Shown in pieces: positions 1 through 9,228 of a DNA stretch of 64,000 bases. The notes beneath the pieces are model-generated. The model was not told the DNA's origin, did no database searches, and saw only the letters and a program-made list of their open reading frames with translations. The first letter of the stretch is position 1; every line of letters begins with the position of its first letter. This stretch comes from an uncultured Bacilli bacterium (GTDB lineage Bacteria > Bacillota_I > Bacilli_A > RF39 > UBA660): assembly GCA_934155645.1 (NCBI GenBank), contig CAKPHC010000006.1:30625-94624 (forward strand), written 5' to 3'. Position numbers and translations under genes: made by a program.

Positions 1-865
1 CATCATACATCTCTGTTAGAAAATATTTTTCATTTTCTTTTACTACTTTACCTGCTAGGATTAAGCTATTTAATGTATTGATGAAATCCTCATCACTAAT
101 TTTAGTATTTAATACTTTTATAGTATTGCTATATATTTCATCTATTAATAGATAACTATGTCCAATAATATTACATATTTCGTTCATTACGTAGATTATT
201 ACTGCTTCTATTCTTCTAGAATCTGTTAAATTGTTTTCTTTATTTAAAAAGATTGAATCTACTTTTTTAAAACCTATATCTGGTAAATCATAAGTTACTT
301 GATATAAATTGTTATCAATCATATCCAATGTTTTAATTTTATATTTATTGTATATAATCATACTTTCTTTAGTAGAAAATCCTAAGTCAGTTAAAAGTAT
401 TATTGTTTTATAACTGTTTTCATAGTCCAATAAAGTATTGTGTAACATATCGGCTTGTTTTTTAGTAATAGTAGGAATAAGTATTAAGTTATCTGGATTT
501 TCTAGTATTATTTTTAAAGTATCTTTGCCTAAAACATCTACTATTTTTTGGGCTTTCTTCTCGCCTATTCCTTTGAATAATCCACTTGTTAAAAATTCAA
601 CAATTGAATCTATATCTTCTTTGGCACATCTTTCGTAATTATCAACTAGGAATTGTTCACCATATTTTTGATGAAAGACGAATTTACCGTTAAGTATATA
701 TGTATCCATTTCATTTAATTCATGAAAGTAACCGGTAAAAGTGATAATTTGGTTTGTTATATCTTTATTTTCATTGTTTGTTTCTTTCACTTTAAAAAGT
801 CCGACTAAATAGCCATTGTCTCCTTGAAATAATACTCTTTTTAAATTACCTTTTATAAAATCCAC
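1..865 (-). CDS. recD2: RecD2-type ATP-dependent DNA helicase, N-terminal part (gene continues past window start)
   Basis: Absent from the ORF track: it starts with GTG (863-865, AAGGAG 7 nt upstream) and runs off the window. Hand translation VDFIKGNLKRVLFQGDNGYLVGLFKV..ITFTGYFHELNEMDTYILNGKFVFHQKYGEQFLVDNYE..FLTSGLFKGIGEKKAQKIVDVLG fits the N-terminal OB/helix-hairpin-helix region of RecD/TraA-family helicases. Confidence 0.6.
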   Translation of the reverse strand, partial: MDFIKGNLKRVLFQGDNGYLVGLFKVKETNNENKDITNQIITFTGYFHELNEMDTYILNGKFVFHQKYGEQFLVDNYERCAKEDIDSIVEFLTSGLFKGIGEKKAQKIVDVLGKDTLKIILENPDNLILIPTITKKQADMLHNTLLDYENSYKTIILLTDLGFSTKESMIIYNKYKIKTLDMIDNNLYQVTYDLPDIGFKKVDSIFLNKENNLTDSRRIEAVIIYVMNEICNIIGHSYLLIDEIYSNTIKVLNTKISDEDFINTLNSLILAGKVVKENEKYFLTEMYD

Positions 866-952
866 ATTATCACTCCTTGCCGTTATAGGTATTTTTATTA
901 TACTCCTAATGTATTTTTTATTCCATAGAAAAAGTAAAAACCTTTTGGATTT

Positions 953-2551
953 TTACTTGATAGTTAATCTTGTGATTCTAGCGTATCCGTCACCACTTCG
1001 ACCTGTTGTTGCTGTACCACCTAACGTAGTACTTGGAATACTTGAGTCACCTGCGGTTAATACTGTCTCAGTCAAATAGTATTGGCTTCCTAGTAAGTAA
1101 CCAGTTGGTTTGCTGCTTGATGAAGTTAAAACGTATCCGCTTCCTCCACCGCCGCCACGGTCATCATCACTGGAAGTATCAGGAACTGAACCTGAACCAC
1201 CGTACCAGCCACCACCGCCGGCTCCACCATAACCGAAACTAGATGTTCCATATCTATATCCAGCTCCACCATAACCGAACGAACCCGCAGTAGCAGTATA
1301 TCCAGATGTTGTAGTTCCAGCACCTCCGGCAGTTTGTGTACCACCTTGACCACATGCGGTTGTGCTACAACCTTGTCCTGAGTAAGTTTCGGTAGTAGTA
1401 CCACCGGTAGTTCCACCACCGGCTCCACCTTTTTTAGAACTTCCTCCTACTGAACCACCACCACCAGCAACAATTACTCTGGCATAAAGTGATTGAGAAC
1501 CAACTCTTATATCAGTAGCACCACCACCATAAATATTAGTTGTACAACCATTGGCTACTGTGCAACCTGACATACCGCCACCATTATATCCACTGTGGTT
1601 AGTACCATTTCCACCAACATATATATACAATACTTCACCTTGTTTTAAGAATATCTTACCAGAGGCATATCCACCTTTACCTGAATAAGTATTACTACTT
1701 CTATATCCACCTTCTGCTCCCCATACTTCTAATTGATAATATCCAGTAGTTGGAACATTAAATGTAGAATAACTACCATTGTAACTATAAGTATACATAT
1801 AACCCCAAGTTGCATAAAGAGTAACTGTTTTACCTGGAGACGTTAAATTCATTACAGATTCTTTATCTCTATATACTGGTGCACCCGTAGGTGTTGTAGC
1901 CCATCCTAGGAATTTATAACCACTTTTTGTGTAGGCGTTTGTTGTTAATGTGCAATTATAATTGAATCCACAGGTATTAGTCGATGTTGTACCACTACCA
2001 CCATTAGCATTATAACTTACTGTATAATAATGAACACCATTAGGTGTTGTTCCTGTATATTGAACCCAGTCAATACTTACTTTTAATTTCTTTACTCTTT
2101 GTAATGGGTCTGCTACTACATTCGGATTATATTTAGCAACTACAGTTAATGTTTTAGTTTCCCCTGCTGCTATAGTATCACCATTATTTATTCCTGATAC
2201 TGTATATACAATTGCATCAGTACCACTTGTTGTTATATCAATATTGCTTACCGCTCCTGTTAAAGTACCTTTATTTTGAATTGTCACTGTATAAGTCATT
2301 GAATCTCCTGGGTCAACTAAGCTAACATTAAACTTGGCAGTAGTTGCTGTATATGAAGGAGCTTCAATATTATAAGCACCTCCTACATTTGTACCATCGG
2401 AAATACCAGTAATTCTAATATCCCAAGTAGATGTGATATTAGCTTTACCATTTATTTTTAATTCTGACATCAAAATGGAATATCCTACTGACATAAAGAA
2501 TACTCCTAAACAAAGTGCAAGTGCAATAATTGTTTTTTTATTTCGCATCAT
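953..2551 (-). CDS. Secreted modular protein, family paralog P1: shared N-terminal module + Listeria-Bacteroides (InlB B-type) repeat + glycine-rich domain
   Basis: The N-terminus MMRNKKTIIALALCLGVFFMSVGYSILMSELKINGKANITSTWDI..DPGDSMTYTVTIQNKGTLTGAV aligns with the four other paralogs. YTVSYNANGGSG..YKFLGWATTP..VTLYATWG looks like a Listeria-Bacteroides repeat. TTGYYQLEVWGAEGG..LYIYVGGNG..GGGATDIRVG..VAGGGG looks like the bacterial glycine-rich domain signature. RBS AGGTGA. Confidence 0.8.
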   Translation of the reverse strand: MMRNKKTIIALALCLGVFFMSVGYSILMSELKINGKANITSTWDIRITGISDGTNVGGAYNIEAPSYTATTAKFNVSLVDPGDSMTYTVTIQNKGTLTGAVSNIDITTSGTDAIVYTVSGINNGDTIAAGETKTLTVVAKYNPNVVADPLQRVKKLKVSIDWVQYTGTTPNGVHYYTVSYNANGGSGTTSTNTCGFNYNCTLTTNAYTKSGYKFLGWATTPTGAPVYRDKESVMNLTSPGKTVTLYATWGYMYTYSYNGSYSTFNVPTTGYYQLEVWGAEGGYRSSNTYSGKGGYASGKIFLKQGEVLYIYVGGNGTNHSGYNGGGMSGCTVANGCTTNIYGGGATDIRVGSQSLYARVIVAGGGGSVGGSSKKGGAGGGTTGGTTTETYSGQGCSTTACGQGGTQTAGGAGTTTSGYTATAGSFGYGGAGYRYGTSSFGYGGAGGGGWYGGSGSVPDTSSDDDRGGGGGSGYVLTSSSSKPTGYLLGSQYYLTETVLTAGDSSIPSTTLGGTATTGRSGDGYARITRLTIK

Positions 2552-2725
2552 ACTATCACCTATTCTATATTCATTATAATGATATCATTTTTTTTGATTT
2601 GCAACAATAGTATTATTGTCTTTTTTTTACATTTTTATAAATATTTGTAAAACACCTAGACATATACAGTAGCAAAATTAGTTATTCATAATAAACTATA
2701 TTAGAAAAGAAAAGGAGGAATAAGT

Positions 2726-2890
2726 ATGTATTACTACGGTGGTGGCTCATGTGGTTGCCAAGGTGGAGGATACCAATATCCTTTCTATCCATATTATGGA
2801 TATGGAAATGGTAACACATCATCATATGCAATAATATTAGTACTATTTATTTTATTAGTTATCGTAATCGGTTCTAGATTTACAAGATAA
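2726..2890 (+). CDS. YjcZ-like small Gly/Tyr-rich peptide (54 aa), below the ORF-track size cutoff
   Basis: ATG at 2726 follows AAAGGAGGAA. Translation: MYYYGGGSCGCQGGGYQYPFYPYYGYGNGNTSSYAIILVLFILLVIVIGSRFTR. The Gly/Tyr-rich head plus hydrophobic tail resembles Bacillus YjcZ-family sporulation peptides. A hairpin AGATAAG..CTTATCT plus T-run follows. Confidence 0.55.
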   Translation: MYYYGGGSCGCQGGGYQYPFYPYYGYGNGNTSSYAIILVLFILLVIVIGSRFTR

Positions 2891-2978
2891 GGGTTCATCT
2901 CTTATCTTTTTTTGATTTGACATTTATTTATTTTTGTAGTATTATTATTCTCCGTGCATAAAAAAAGGGGGTAATAAT

Positions 2979-3476
2979 ATGTCAATTGATGAAAAAGATG
3001 AAATCCAATATAGAAAAGCACAAATAAAAATTGGTGCAGTTAATGCTACTATACCTAGTTTAATTGAATTAAACAATGAATTAATTCCAAGTGAAAGAAA
3101 GGCTTATACAATACTACTTGATTATCAAAATTTTGGTGATTATTATAAGTTTATAGTAGATATTAAAAGAACTTATGGATTCGATAATAATTCACTATTA
3201 AAAATTGTTTATAGTTTAAAAGATAAAAAAGCAGGTTTAAATTTATTAAAACAAGCTTGTGAATGCTATGCAGAAAATAGTGAAATGGATTATATATCTT
3301 TTACTAGTAGAAATGACGCTATTGTAAGTTTTAATATGATTGGTTCTAATAAAGTTGATTTAAACTTTGCAATTCATGATGAAGAAATAGTTGAAGAGTT
3401 AAAAGAACTTCAAAATAAATTCTATCGAAGTATTCCTGAACAAATCAAATTAAAAAAACTAGGCCATAATTGTTAA
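2979..3476 (+). CDS. Hypothetical protein (165 aa)
   Basis: ORF with RBS AAAGGGGG upstream; no motif recognised. Confidence 0.6.
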   Translation: MSIDEKDEIQYRKAQIKIGAVNATIPSLIELNNELIPSERKAYTILLDYQNFGDYYKFIVDIKRTYGFDNNSLLKIVYSLKDKKAGLNLLKQACECYAENSEMDYISFTSRNDAIVSFNMIGSNKVDLNFAIHDEEIVEELKELQNKFYRSIPEQIKLKKLGHNC

Positions 3477-3519
3477 ATCCGACAAATTATGATAGAATAA
3501 AAGTTGTTGAGGTGGTCTT

Positions 3520-4068
3520 ATGTTAAAAACTAAAGATATTTTAGATGAAAAAAATAAAATTTTAAGAACAGTAAGTAAAGAAGTAGTATTTCCTTTATCT
3601 GAAGAAGATTTAAAAACTATAGATGATATGATTGAATACTTAACTAATAGTCAAATAGAAGAATTAGCAGAAAAATATGATTTAAGACCAGGCATGGGAA
3701 TGGCTGCTGTACAATTAGGAATTCCTAAAAGATATTTAACTATCGTTCATGAAGTTGATGAAGGTAAATTTGATAATTACGTTATTATAAATCCTAAAAT
3801 TGTTAGTTCATCTTCTGAAAAAATATATGTAGAAGATGGCGAAGGTTGCTTAAGCATTAATCGTGAAACAGTAGGAATTGTTCCTAGATATGCTAGAGTT
3901 ACAGTTGAAGGATATGACACTAAAGGTAATAAAATTAGTATTAGAGCAAGAGAAGAACTTGCTATAGCTTTTCAACATGAAATAGATCATTTAAACGGTA
4001 TCTTATTTATTGACCATATCGATAAAAAAAATCCATTTAAAGATAAAGATAAATATAGAGCAATATAA
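3520..4068 (+). CDS. def: Peptide deformylase
   Basis: All three deformylase motifs are present: GMGMAAVQLG, EGCLS, HEIDHLNG. Confidence 0.95.
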   Translation: MLKTKDILDEKNKILRTVSKEVVFPLSEEDLKTIDDMIEYLTNSQIEELAEKYDLRPGMGMAAVQLGIPKRYLTIVHEVDEGKFDNYVIINPKIVSSSSEKIYVEDGEGCLSINRETVGIVPRYARVTVEGYDTKGNKISIRAREELAIAFQHEIDHLNGILFIDHIDKKNPFKDKDKYRAI

Positions 4069-4069
4069 A

Positions 4070-4100
4070 AGAGTTTTCAAAATTAGAAAACTCTTTTTTT
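4070..4100. terminator. Hairpin terminator between convergent def and methyltransferase genes
   Basis: AGAGTTTTC-aaaatta-GAAAACTCT followed by T6; a short A-run lies on the other side. Confidence 0.6.
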
Positions 4101-4701
4101 AATTCCTTTTACTAACAGTAATTCCATCCCCTACTTCGTAAAAGTCAGTATGAAATTCTGAATTATTTTTTAGAAATGTAATATATTCTTTAATTTTTCT
4201 AACTAGTCCTCTTAAGTTTCTAGTTTTAATTTCACTCTCATCTTTATTAACATATCCATGGAAGTTAATATTATCGGTAACTATATATCCTTCTTTTACT
4301 AAGTTTTTAGAGAATTTTTCAAAAAACGCCCTGTTCTTACCTTTTGCTGCATCTATAAAGATTAAATCGTATTGGTCTTTTAATTCAACTAGTTCCGCAT
4401 CATTATATATTAAAGTTATTCTATCTTCTAAATCAAATTTTTTTACGTTTTTTACTGCTTCTAAGTATCTCTCACGGTCACGTTCGATAGAAGTAATTTT
4501 AACGTTTGGACTTGATAATGCCATCATAATGGCAGAATATCCTATCGCGGTACCTACTTCTAGAACGTTTTTTATTTGATGTTTAATAATGAAAGTAGTT
4601 AAGAAATTAATTCCATCATCTAACATAATTGGAACATTATTCTCTTTAGCGTATTCTTTAATTATTTTTATTTCTTGATGATTTTCTACCACTCTAACCA
4701 A
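4099..4701 (-). CDS. trmR: Class I SAM-dependent O-methyltransferase (YrrM/TrmR-like)
   Basis: SAM motif I VLEVGTAIGYS and IFIDAAK. It sits directly downstream of mltG, as in B. subtilis yrrK-yrrL-yrrM. Confidence 0.6.
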   Translation of the reverse strand: MVRVVENHQEIKIIKEYAKENNVPIMLDDGINFLTTFIIKHQIKNVLEVGTAIGYSAIMMALSSPNVKITSIERDRERYLEAVKNVKKFDLEDRITLIYNDAELVELKDQYDLIFIDAAKGKNRAFFEKFSKNLVKEGYIVTDNINFHGYVNKDESEIKTRNLRGLVRKIKEYITFLKNNSEFHTDFYEVGDGITVSKRN

Positions 4702-5765
4702 ACTCCTTTTGCTTTTAATTCTTTAATTTTTGCAAGATGTTCTTTATAAGTTTTAGTAAAATATACTTTTCTATTTTTATCGGCCACAAAATAATAGTTT
4801 TCAGTATCAGCTGGATATACAACAGCATTAATACTTGAAATAGATGGATTTGATACAGGTCCCACTGGAATTTTACCTTCCATTTGTGGTCCTCTTGTAT
4901 TATATGGATTTGCTGTATTAAATTCTTTATCAGTTAAACCTCTTTCGTTTAATTCAACTTTTAGGGCATAGTAAGTAGTAATATCACTACCTAAACTCAT
5001 TTTCTTATTTAAGCGATTATAGAAAACACTAGCAATGCCTTTTCTATCTTCATCAGTAACACCTTCTAATTCAACAATTGATGCTAAAGTTAGTATTTCA
5101 TGAACTGATTTGTTACTTTTTTCTATTTCTCCTTTTAATGGAGTTAATTTTTTATTTGTTTCATCTAACATAAGTTTAAATATATCTTCAATACTTGCAT
5201 CTTTACCTTCCAATGTATAAGTATTTGGATATAAGTAGCCTTCTAATGAATAATATAAGTTTTTATTTTTTATAGAATCAGTTAAGAACCAATATTTATT
5301 AATTAATTCATCTAAATAATTTTGATCTTTTAATTTGTTATAAACATCATCTTCTGTATTGTTTGTTTTATTTGCTATAATTGATGCTACTTTACGCATA
5401 TTAATTCCTTCTTGAAATGTAATATTAATAGCGTTTGGATTATAACTATTACCTTTTTGTAATATTTCTACGATTTCTTTTAAATCCATACTTTTATTTA
5501 ATTCATAAGTAGATGCCTTCATATCATTAATTTTATATATTTTAGCATACACATAAAAGAAGTTAGCATTACGTATTAATCCTTCTTTTTCTAAGATTTT
5601 TCCTATTTCTTTAGTTGTAGTCTTAGGTGGAATTACTACTATTACATTAGTAGTATCTTTTTTATTCATAGCAGATATATTTATATTAAAGAAAACACCA
5701 ATACTTATAATAAAGATGGATAAGATTATTAATAAAATAAGTGCAACATTTCTAAATATTTTCAT
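4686..5765 (-). CDS. mltG: Endolytic murein transglycosylase MltG (YceG-like)
   Basis: N-terminal TM segment, then YceG-type conserved regions (ASIVELE, NPYNTR, PVGPVSNPS). Synteny with ruvX. Confidence 0.85.
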   Translation of the reverse strand: MKIFRNVALILLIILSIFIISIGVFFNINISAMNKKDTTNVIVVIPPKTTTKEIGKILEKEGLIRNANFFYVYAKIYKINDMKASTYELNKSMDLKEIVEILQKGNSYNPNAINITFQEGINMRKVASIIANKTNNTEDDVYNKLKDQNYLDELINKYWFLTDSIKNKNLYYSLEGYLYPNTYTLEGKDASIEDIFKLMLDETNKKLTPLKGEIEKSNKSVHEILTLASIVELEGVTDEDRKGIASVFYNRLNKKMSLGSDITTYYALKVELNERGLTDKEFNTANPYNTRGPQMEGKIPVGPVSNPSISSINAVVYPADTENYYFVADKNRKVYFTKTYKEHLAKIKELKAKGVWLEW

Positions 5766-5792
5766 ATTACTACCTCGAACAAATAACGAGCA

Positions 5793-6101
5793 TTACTGCT
5801 CGTTATTTTCACTTTCAGCATTACTTGTTTTTTTCTTTATTTCATCTTGTAATGTACTTAAAATTGTTTCTATGATTTTCCATTCTTGTTCAGTTTCGAT
5901 TGGTTCTAATCTTGGATTATCTTGTTTTGGGTCATAAATTGATGCAAAAACTTGGATATTTCCTTCGTTATCTTTAGAATTATCTGTGTATACTATATAA
6001 CTCTTTTTTGTTTCTTCTGAATCAAATGTAAATAGTATATCGCATAATATTTCTTGTCCTTCATCATTAATTACTTTAAATGTATTATTATTGTTATCCA
6101 T
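5793..6101 (-). CDS. DUF1292 (YrzB/UPF0473) family protein
   Basis: DEGQEILCDILFTFDSEETKKSYIVYTD..EQEWKIIETIL pattern; position right after ruvX. Confidence 0.7.
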   Translation of the reverse strand: MDNNNNTFKVINDEGQEILCDILFTFDSEETKKSYIVYTDNSKDNEGNIQVFASIYDPKQDNPRLEPIETEQEWKIIETILSTLQDEIKKKTSNAESENNEQ

Positions 6102-6516
6102 TATTTCTCTCCTTATCTAAATATGATTGTAAAATAATTGTTGCTGCCATAGCATCAATTACTTGTTTTCTTTTTTTTCTACTTGTATCATTACTTATTA
6201 ATAAATCGGTAGCTTGTTTAGTAGTTAATCTTTCATCCATTAAATGAACTGGAAGATTTAATTCTTTTTCTAATTTTTCTTTGAATTTGTATGATAATTC
6301 TCCTTTTGGTCCAATTGTATTATTCATGTTCTTAGGAAGTCCTAAAACTATTTCTTGAACATTTTTTTCTAATACAATATTTTTTACATCTGTTATTAAT
6401 CTATCATATTCTTCATTGTGTCTAATGATAGTATAACTTGATGCGATTAAACCAGTAGGATCTGATATTGATACTCCTAATGTCTTGGTTCCAAGATCTA
6501 ATCCTAAGTAACGCAT
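6094..6516 (-). CDS. ruvX: Holliday junction resolvase-like RuvX (YqgF)
   Basis: N-terminus [19 protein letters not shown] and DERLTT motif typical of YqgF. Confidence 0.9.
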   Translation of the reverse strand: MRYLGLDLGTKTLGVSISDPTGLIASSYTIIRHNEEYDRLITDVKNIVLEKNVQEIVLGLPKNMNNTIGPKGELSYKFKEKLEKELNLPVHLMDERLTTKQATDLLISNDTSRKKRKQVIDAMAATIILQSYLDKERNNG

Positions 6517-6764
6517 TATTTTTTTAAATACTCTCTTAATAGTACTTCAATTATTTTACTACGATCAATCTTAGTAATCTTGTTTCTTGCTTCTTTATGA
6601 GAAGATATGTATCCAGGGTCACCACTCATTAAGTATCCAACTAATTGATTAATTGGGTTATATCCTCTTTCTTCTAAAGCATCATAAACTTCTTTTACAG
6701 TATCACTTACTAACTTACTTTCAAACTCTTCGATTGAATATAAGTGAGTTGTATCATTTTCCAT
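6516..6764 (-). CDS. IreB-family regulatory protein (DUF965/YrzL)
   Basis: [20 protein letters not shown] motif. Start moved to ATG 6764 (MENDTT), which has AGAGGTGG 4 nt upstream. Confidence 0.75.
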   Translation of the reverse strand: MENDTTHLYSIEEFESKLVSDTVKEVYDALEERGYNPINQLVGYLMSGDPGYISSHKEARNKITKIDRSKIIEVLLREYLKK

Positions 6765-6814
6765 ATTACCACCTCTATCATTCAAATATATTTTATCATT
6801 ATTCTAAAAACTTA

Positions 6815-7954
6815 TCAACCAATATATTGTGTTCCCATAAATAGTAGAAATCCTAGTAATATAATTAAGACAATCCAGCCATTAATCCTTTCAAATTTTG
6901 TACTTTTATACTTTACTCCTACTGCTACTGTTGCTAATGCTCCACCTACTAATCCACCTATATGAGCAAAATTATCTATTCCAGGAGTAATAAATCCAAT
7001 TAATAAGTTAAGTAAAATCAAAGGAATAATTTGACTTTTTAAGACGTTACCTAAGTAAACTCGGTAATGATATCCAAAATATAATAATGAACCCATTAGT
7101 CCAAATATTGCCCCACTAGCACCTATACTAGCCCCATCACTTAATAAAGCTGACAACATGCTTCCGGTTATTGCACTAATGAAATATATTATTAAGTATT
7201 TCCATTTTCCCATAAAGTTTTCTATTTGACTACCAATTACGTATAAAGAATAACAGTTAAGAATTAAGTGAACAAAGTTAGCGTGTAAGAAAGCTCCTGT
7301 AATTAATCTATAATATTCATTATATTTAAAAATAAACGGTCCATATACTGCAAAACTATTTATAGTATTATCATATTGATTAAATAAAATCATTGCTAAA
7401 TAAATAATTACATTAATTGCAACAAGTGATATAGTTATGATATTTTTCTTTGGTTTAAATATCTCTTCTATTTTTTGAGCATCTTCTTTGTTTTTATGAT
7501 TTATGTCATTAGTTATTTTTATAAATAATTGAAGTCCTTCCTCTGAAAATGTTAGCTTTTTATTTATATCAGGGAAGTATTGATATAGAAAATCATATTT
7601 ATTAATATCTTTTTCATCATATAAATATATACAATCTATATCATGCTCATCTTTTAATTCAACATTATCTCCTAAATCAGTAAAAATACTTAATGCGTTC
7701 ATTTTTATTGAAAAAGTTTTTTTCTTTATTTTTTTCAAAACATGTCTTGTTTTGTATAAATCAAAATCTAATTGTTCTTCATTGTGAATATGATTAGATA
7801 CAATACGAATGATTTTGTAATCACTTTCTAAGTTTTCTAACCAGATTTCGTCTTCTGCACCTTGTAAAATTATTGGATTATAATTTTTTTCTGTTATAAA
7901 GTAATGAAGCAGTTTCATAACTATTAAGTTTTTTCTATCCAGTGACTCGTCCAT
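6815..7954 (-). CDS. Rhomboid-family intramembrane serine protease with N-terminal cytoplasmic extension
   Basis: FLHANFVHLILN, GASGAIFGLMG (catalytic Ser) and AHIGGL (catalytic His) in a polytopic C-terminal half. Confidence 0.85.
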   Translation of the reverse strand: MDESLDRKNLIVMKLLHYFITEKNYNPIILQGAEDEIWLENLESDYKIIRIVSNHIHNEEQLDFDLYKTRHVLKKIKKKTFSIKMNALSIFTDLGDNVELKDEHDIDCIYLYDEKDINKYDFLYQYFPDINKKLTFSEEGLQLFIKITNDINHKNKEDAQKIEEIFKPKKNIITISLVAINVIIYLAMILFNQYDNTINSFAVYGPFIFKYNEYYRLITGAFLHANFVHLILNCYSLYVIGSQIENFMGKWKYLIIYFISAITGSMLSALLSDGASIGASGAIFGLMGSLLYFGYHYRVYLGNVLKSQIIPLILLNLLIGFITPGIDNFAHIGGLVGGALATVAVGVKYKSTKFERINGWIVLIILLGFLLFMGTQYIG

Positions 7955-8050
7955 ATTAATTCTCCTTCAATGAAATATTATATACTATTTTCATTAATAA
8001 ATAAAGAGAAAGAACCAATTAAAAGAAAAAAACTACCGAAGTAGTTTTAA

Positions 8051-9109
8051 TTAATTTTGTCTCATTTTTCTATATGCTACAGAGCCAAATACTAGTGTTA
8101 CTATAGATAAAGTTGCTATTACATATAACAGATTATCTCCTGTACTTGGATTTTTTTCGTTATTAGGATTTAGTATCTTTTCTAATTCTGTAAGGTCATC
8201 TTTATCTACTTTACCATCTTGATTAATATCTGCTAGTTTTAGTTCATCGTCTTTAAGAGTTCCTTCATCTTTTTCTAGATGATTTTTTAATTTTTCTAAA
8301 TCTTTTTCATCTACTTTACCATCTTGATTGATGTCACCTGTTTCATAAATTTCTTTATCAGATGATACTGGTAAATTTTTATATGAACCCCAACCTTCAA
8401 CATATCTAATCAAAATAATTAAGTCTTTGTTATCTATTTTACCATCTTCGTTTAAATCAGCATATTTTAAGCCTTCTTCACTAATTGCTGATTCATCACC
8501 TGCTAAGTAATCAGTAAGTGCATCAATGTCTTTTTGATTGATTTCTCCATCTAAATTAACATCTCCGTAGGCATATACTTTACCTTCAGTTATTAAAGGT
8601 AGGATTTCATAACCTTCCCAATTTAATAGATGACGTAATAAAATAATACGATCAACATTATTTACTTTTTGGTCATCATTTAAGTCAGCGTACTTTAATC
8701 CTTCTTCTGATATTGCATCTTTGTTACCGTTTAAATATTCAACATATAAAGCTAAGTCCTTATTATTAACTTCTCCATCAAGATTAACATCGCCATAAGC
8801 AATCGTTACTAACGCTGGATTTAATGGTAAAGTTTTATAGTCATCCCAATTTAATAAGTGACGTAATAAAATAATACGATCAACATTATTTACTTTTTGG
8901 TCATTATTTAAGTCTGCGTACTTTAATCCTTCTTCTGATATTGCATCTTTGTTACCATTTAAATATTCAACATATAAAGCTAAGTCCTTATTATTAACTT
9001 CTCCATCAAGGTTAACATCGCCACATTTTTTGGTACCAGTAGCATATACATTTGTTAACATTAAAAAACTAATTACAAATGTCATTAATATCAAAAATTT
9101 CTTTTTCAT
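8051..9109 (-). CDS. Surface protein built only of dockerin-like (EF-hand pair) modules, with signal peptide and sortase-type C-terminal sorting signal
   Basis: Start moved to MKKKFLILMTFVISFLMLTNVYA (AGGAGG RBS). There are four GD(V/I)N(L/Q)DG..N..D modules. The C-terminus NPSTGD + LLYVIATLSIVTLVFGSVA + YRKMRQN resembles an LPXTG-class sorting signal. Confidence 0.75.
   Translation of the reverse strand: MKKKFLILMTFVISFLMLTNVYATGTKKCGDVNLDGEVNNKDLALYVEYLNGNKDAISEEGLKYADLNNDQKVNNVDRIILLRHLLNWDDYKTLPLNPALVTIAYGDVNLDGEVNNKDLALYVEYLNGNKDAISEEGLKYADLNDDQKVNNVDRIILLRHLLNWEGYEILPLITEGKVYAYGDVNLDGEINQKDIDALTDYLAGDESAISEEGLKYADLNEDGKIDNKDLIILIRYVEGWGSYKNLPVSSDKEIYETGDINQDGKVDEKDLEKLKNHLEKDEGTLKDDELKLADINQDGKVDKDDLTELEKILNPNNEKNPSTGDNLLYVIATLSIVTLVFGSVAYRKMRQN
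8616..9023 (-). repeat. In-frame tandem duplication, period 228 bp (76 codons), inside the dockerin gene
   Basis: 8616-8795 and 8844-9023 are nearly identical at the DNA level (a few substitutions seen by eye) and encode AYGDVNLDGEVNNKDLALYVEYLNGNKDAISEEGLKYADLN(N/D)DQKVNNVDRIILLRHLLNW. Confidence 0.85.
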
Positions 9110-9228
9110 ATACTCTATCCTCCTATTCTTACTTATATTATAACGATAAGTCTGTAAATTAATCAATGTTAAACAATATGTTTGTCATTTCATTTACATT
9201 TATTTTACATTTTCAAAGAAAAAAACCA

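Noticed and set aside
438-638. 66-aa plus-strand ORF
   Set aside because: It lies antisense inside the RecD2-like coding frame, which is open across the whole 1-865 interval.
1033-1428. ORFs 1033-1242 (+) and 1126-1428 (-) inside the glycine-rich region of P1
   Set aside because: These are alternative frames of GGN/ACC-rich coding DNA, with no independent start signals. The 532-aa frame explains the region.
8616-9023. Possible CRISPR-like or non-coding tandem repeat
   Set aside because: The 228-bp period is in frame and encodes duplicated dockerin modules. There is no short repeat/spacer structure anywhere in the window.
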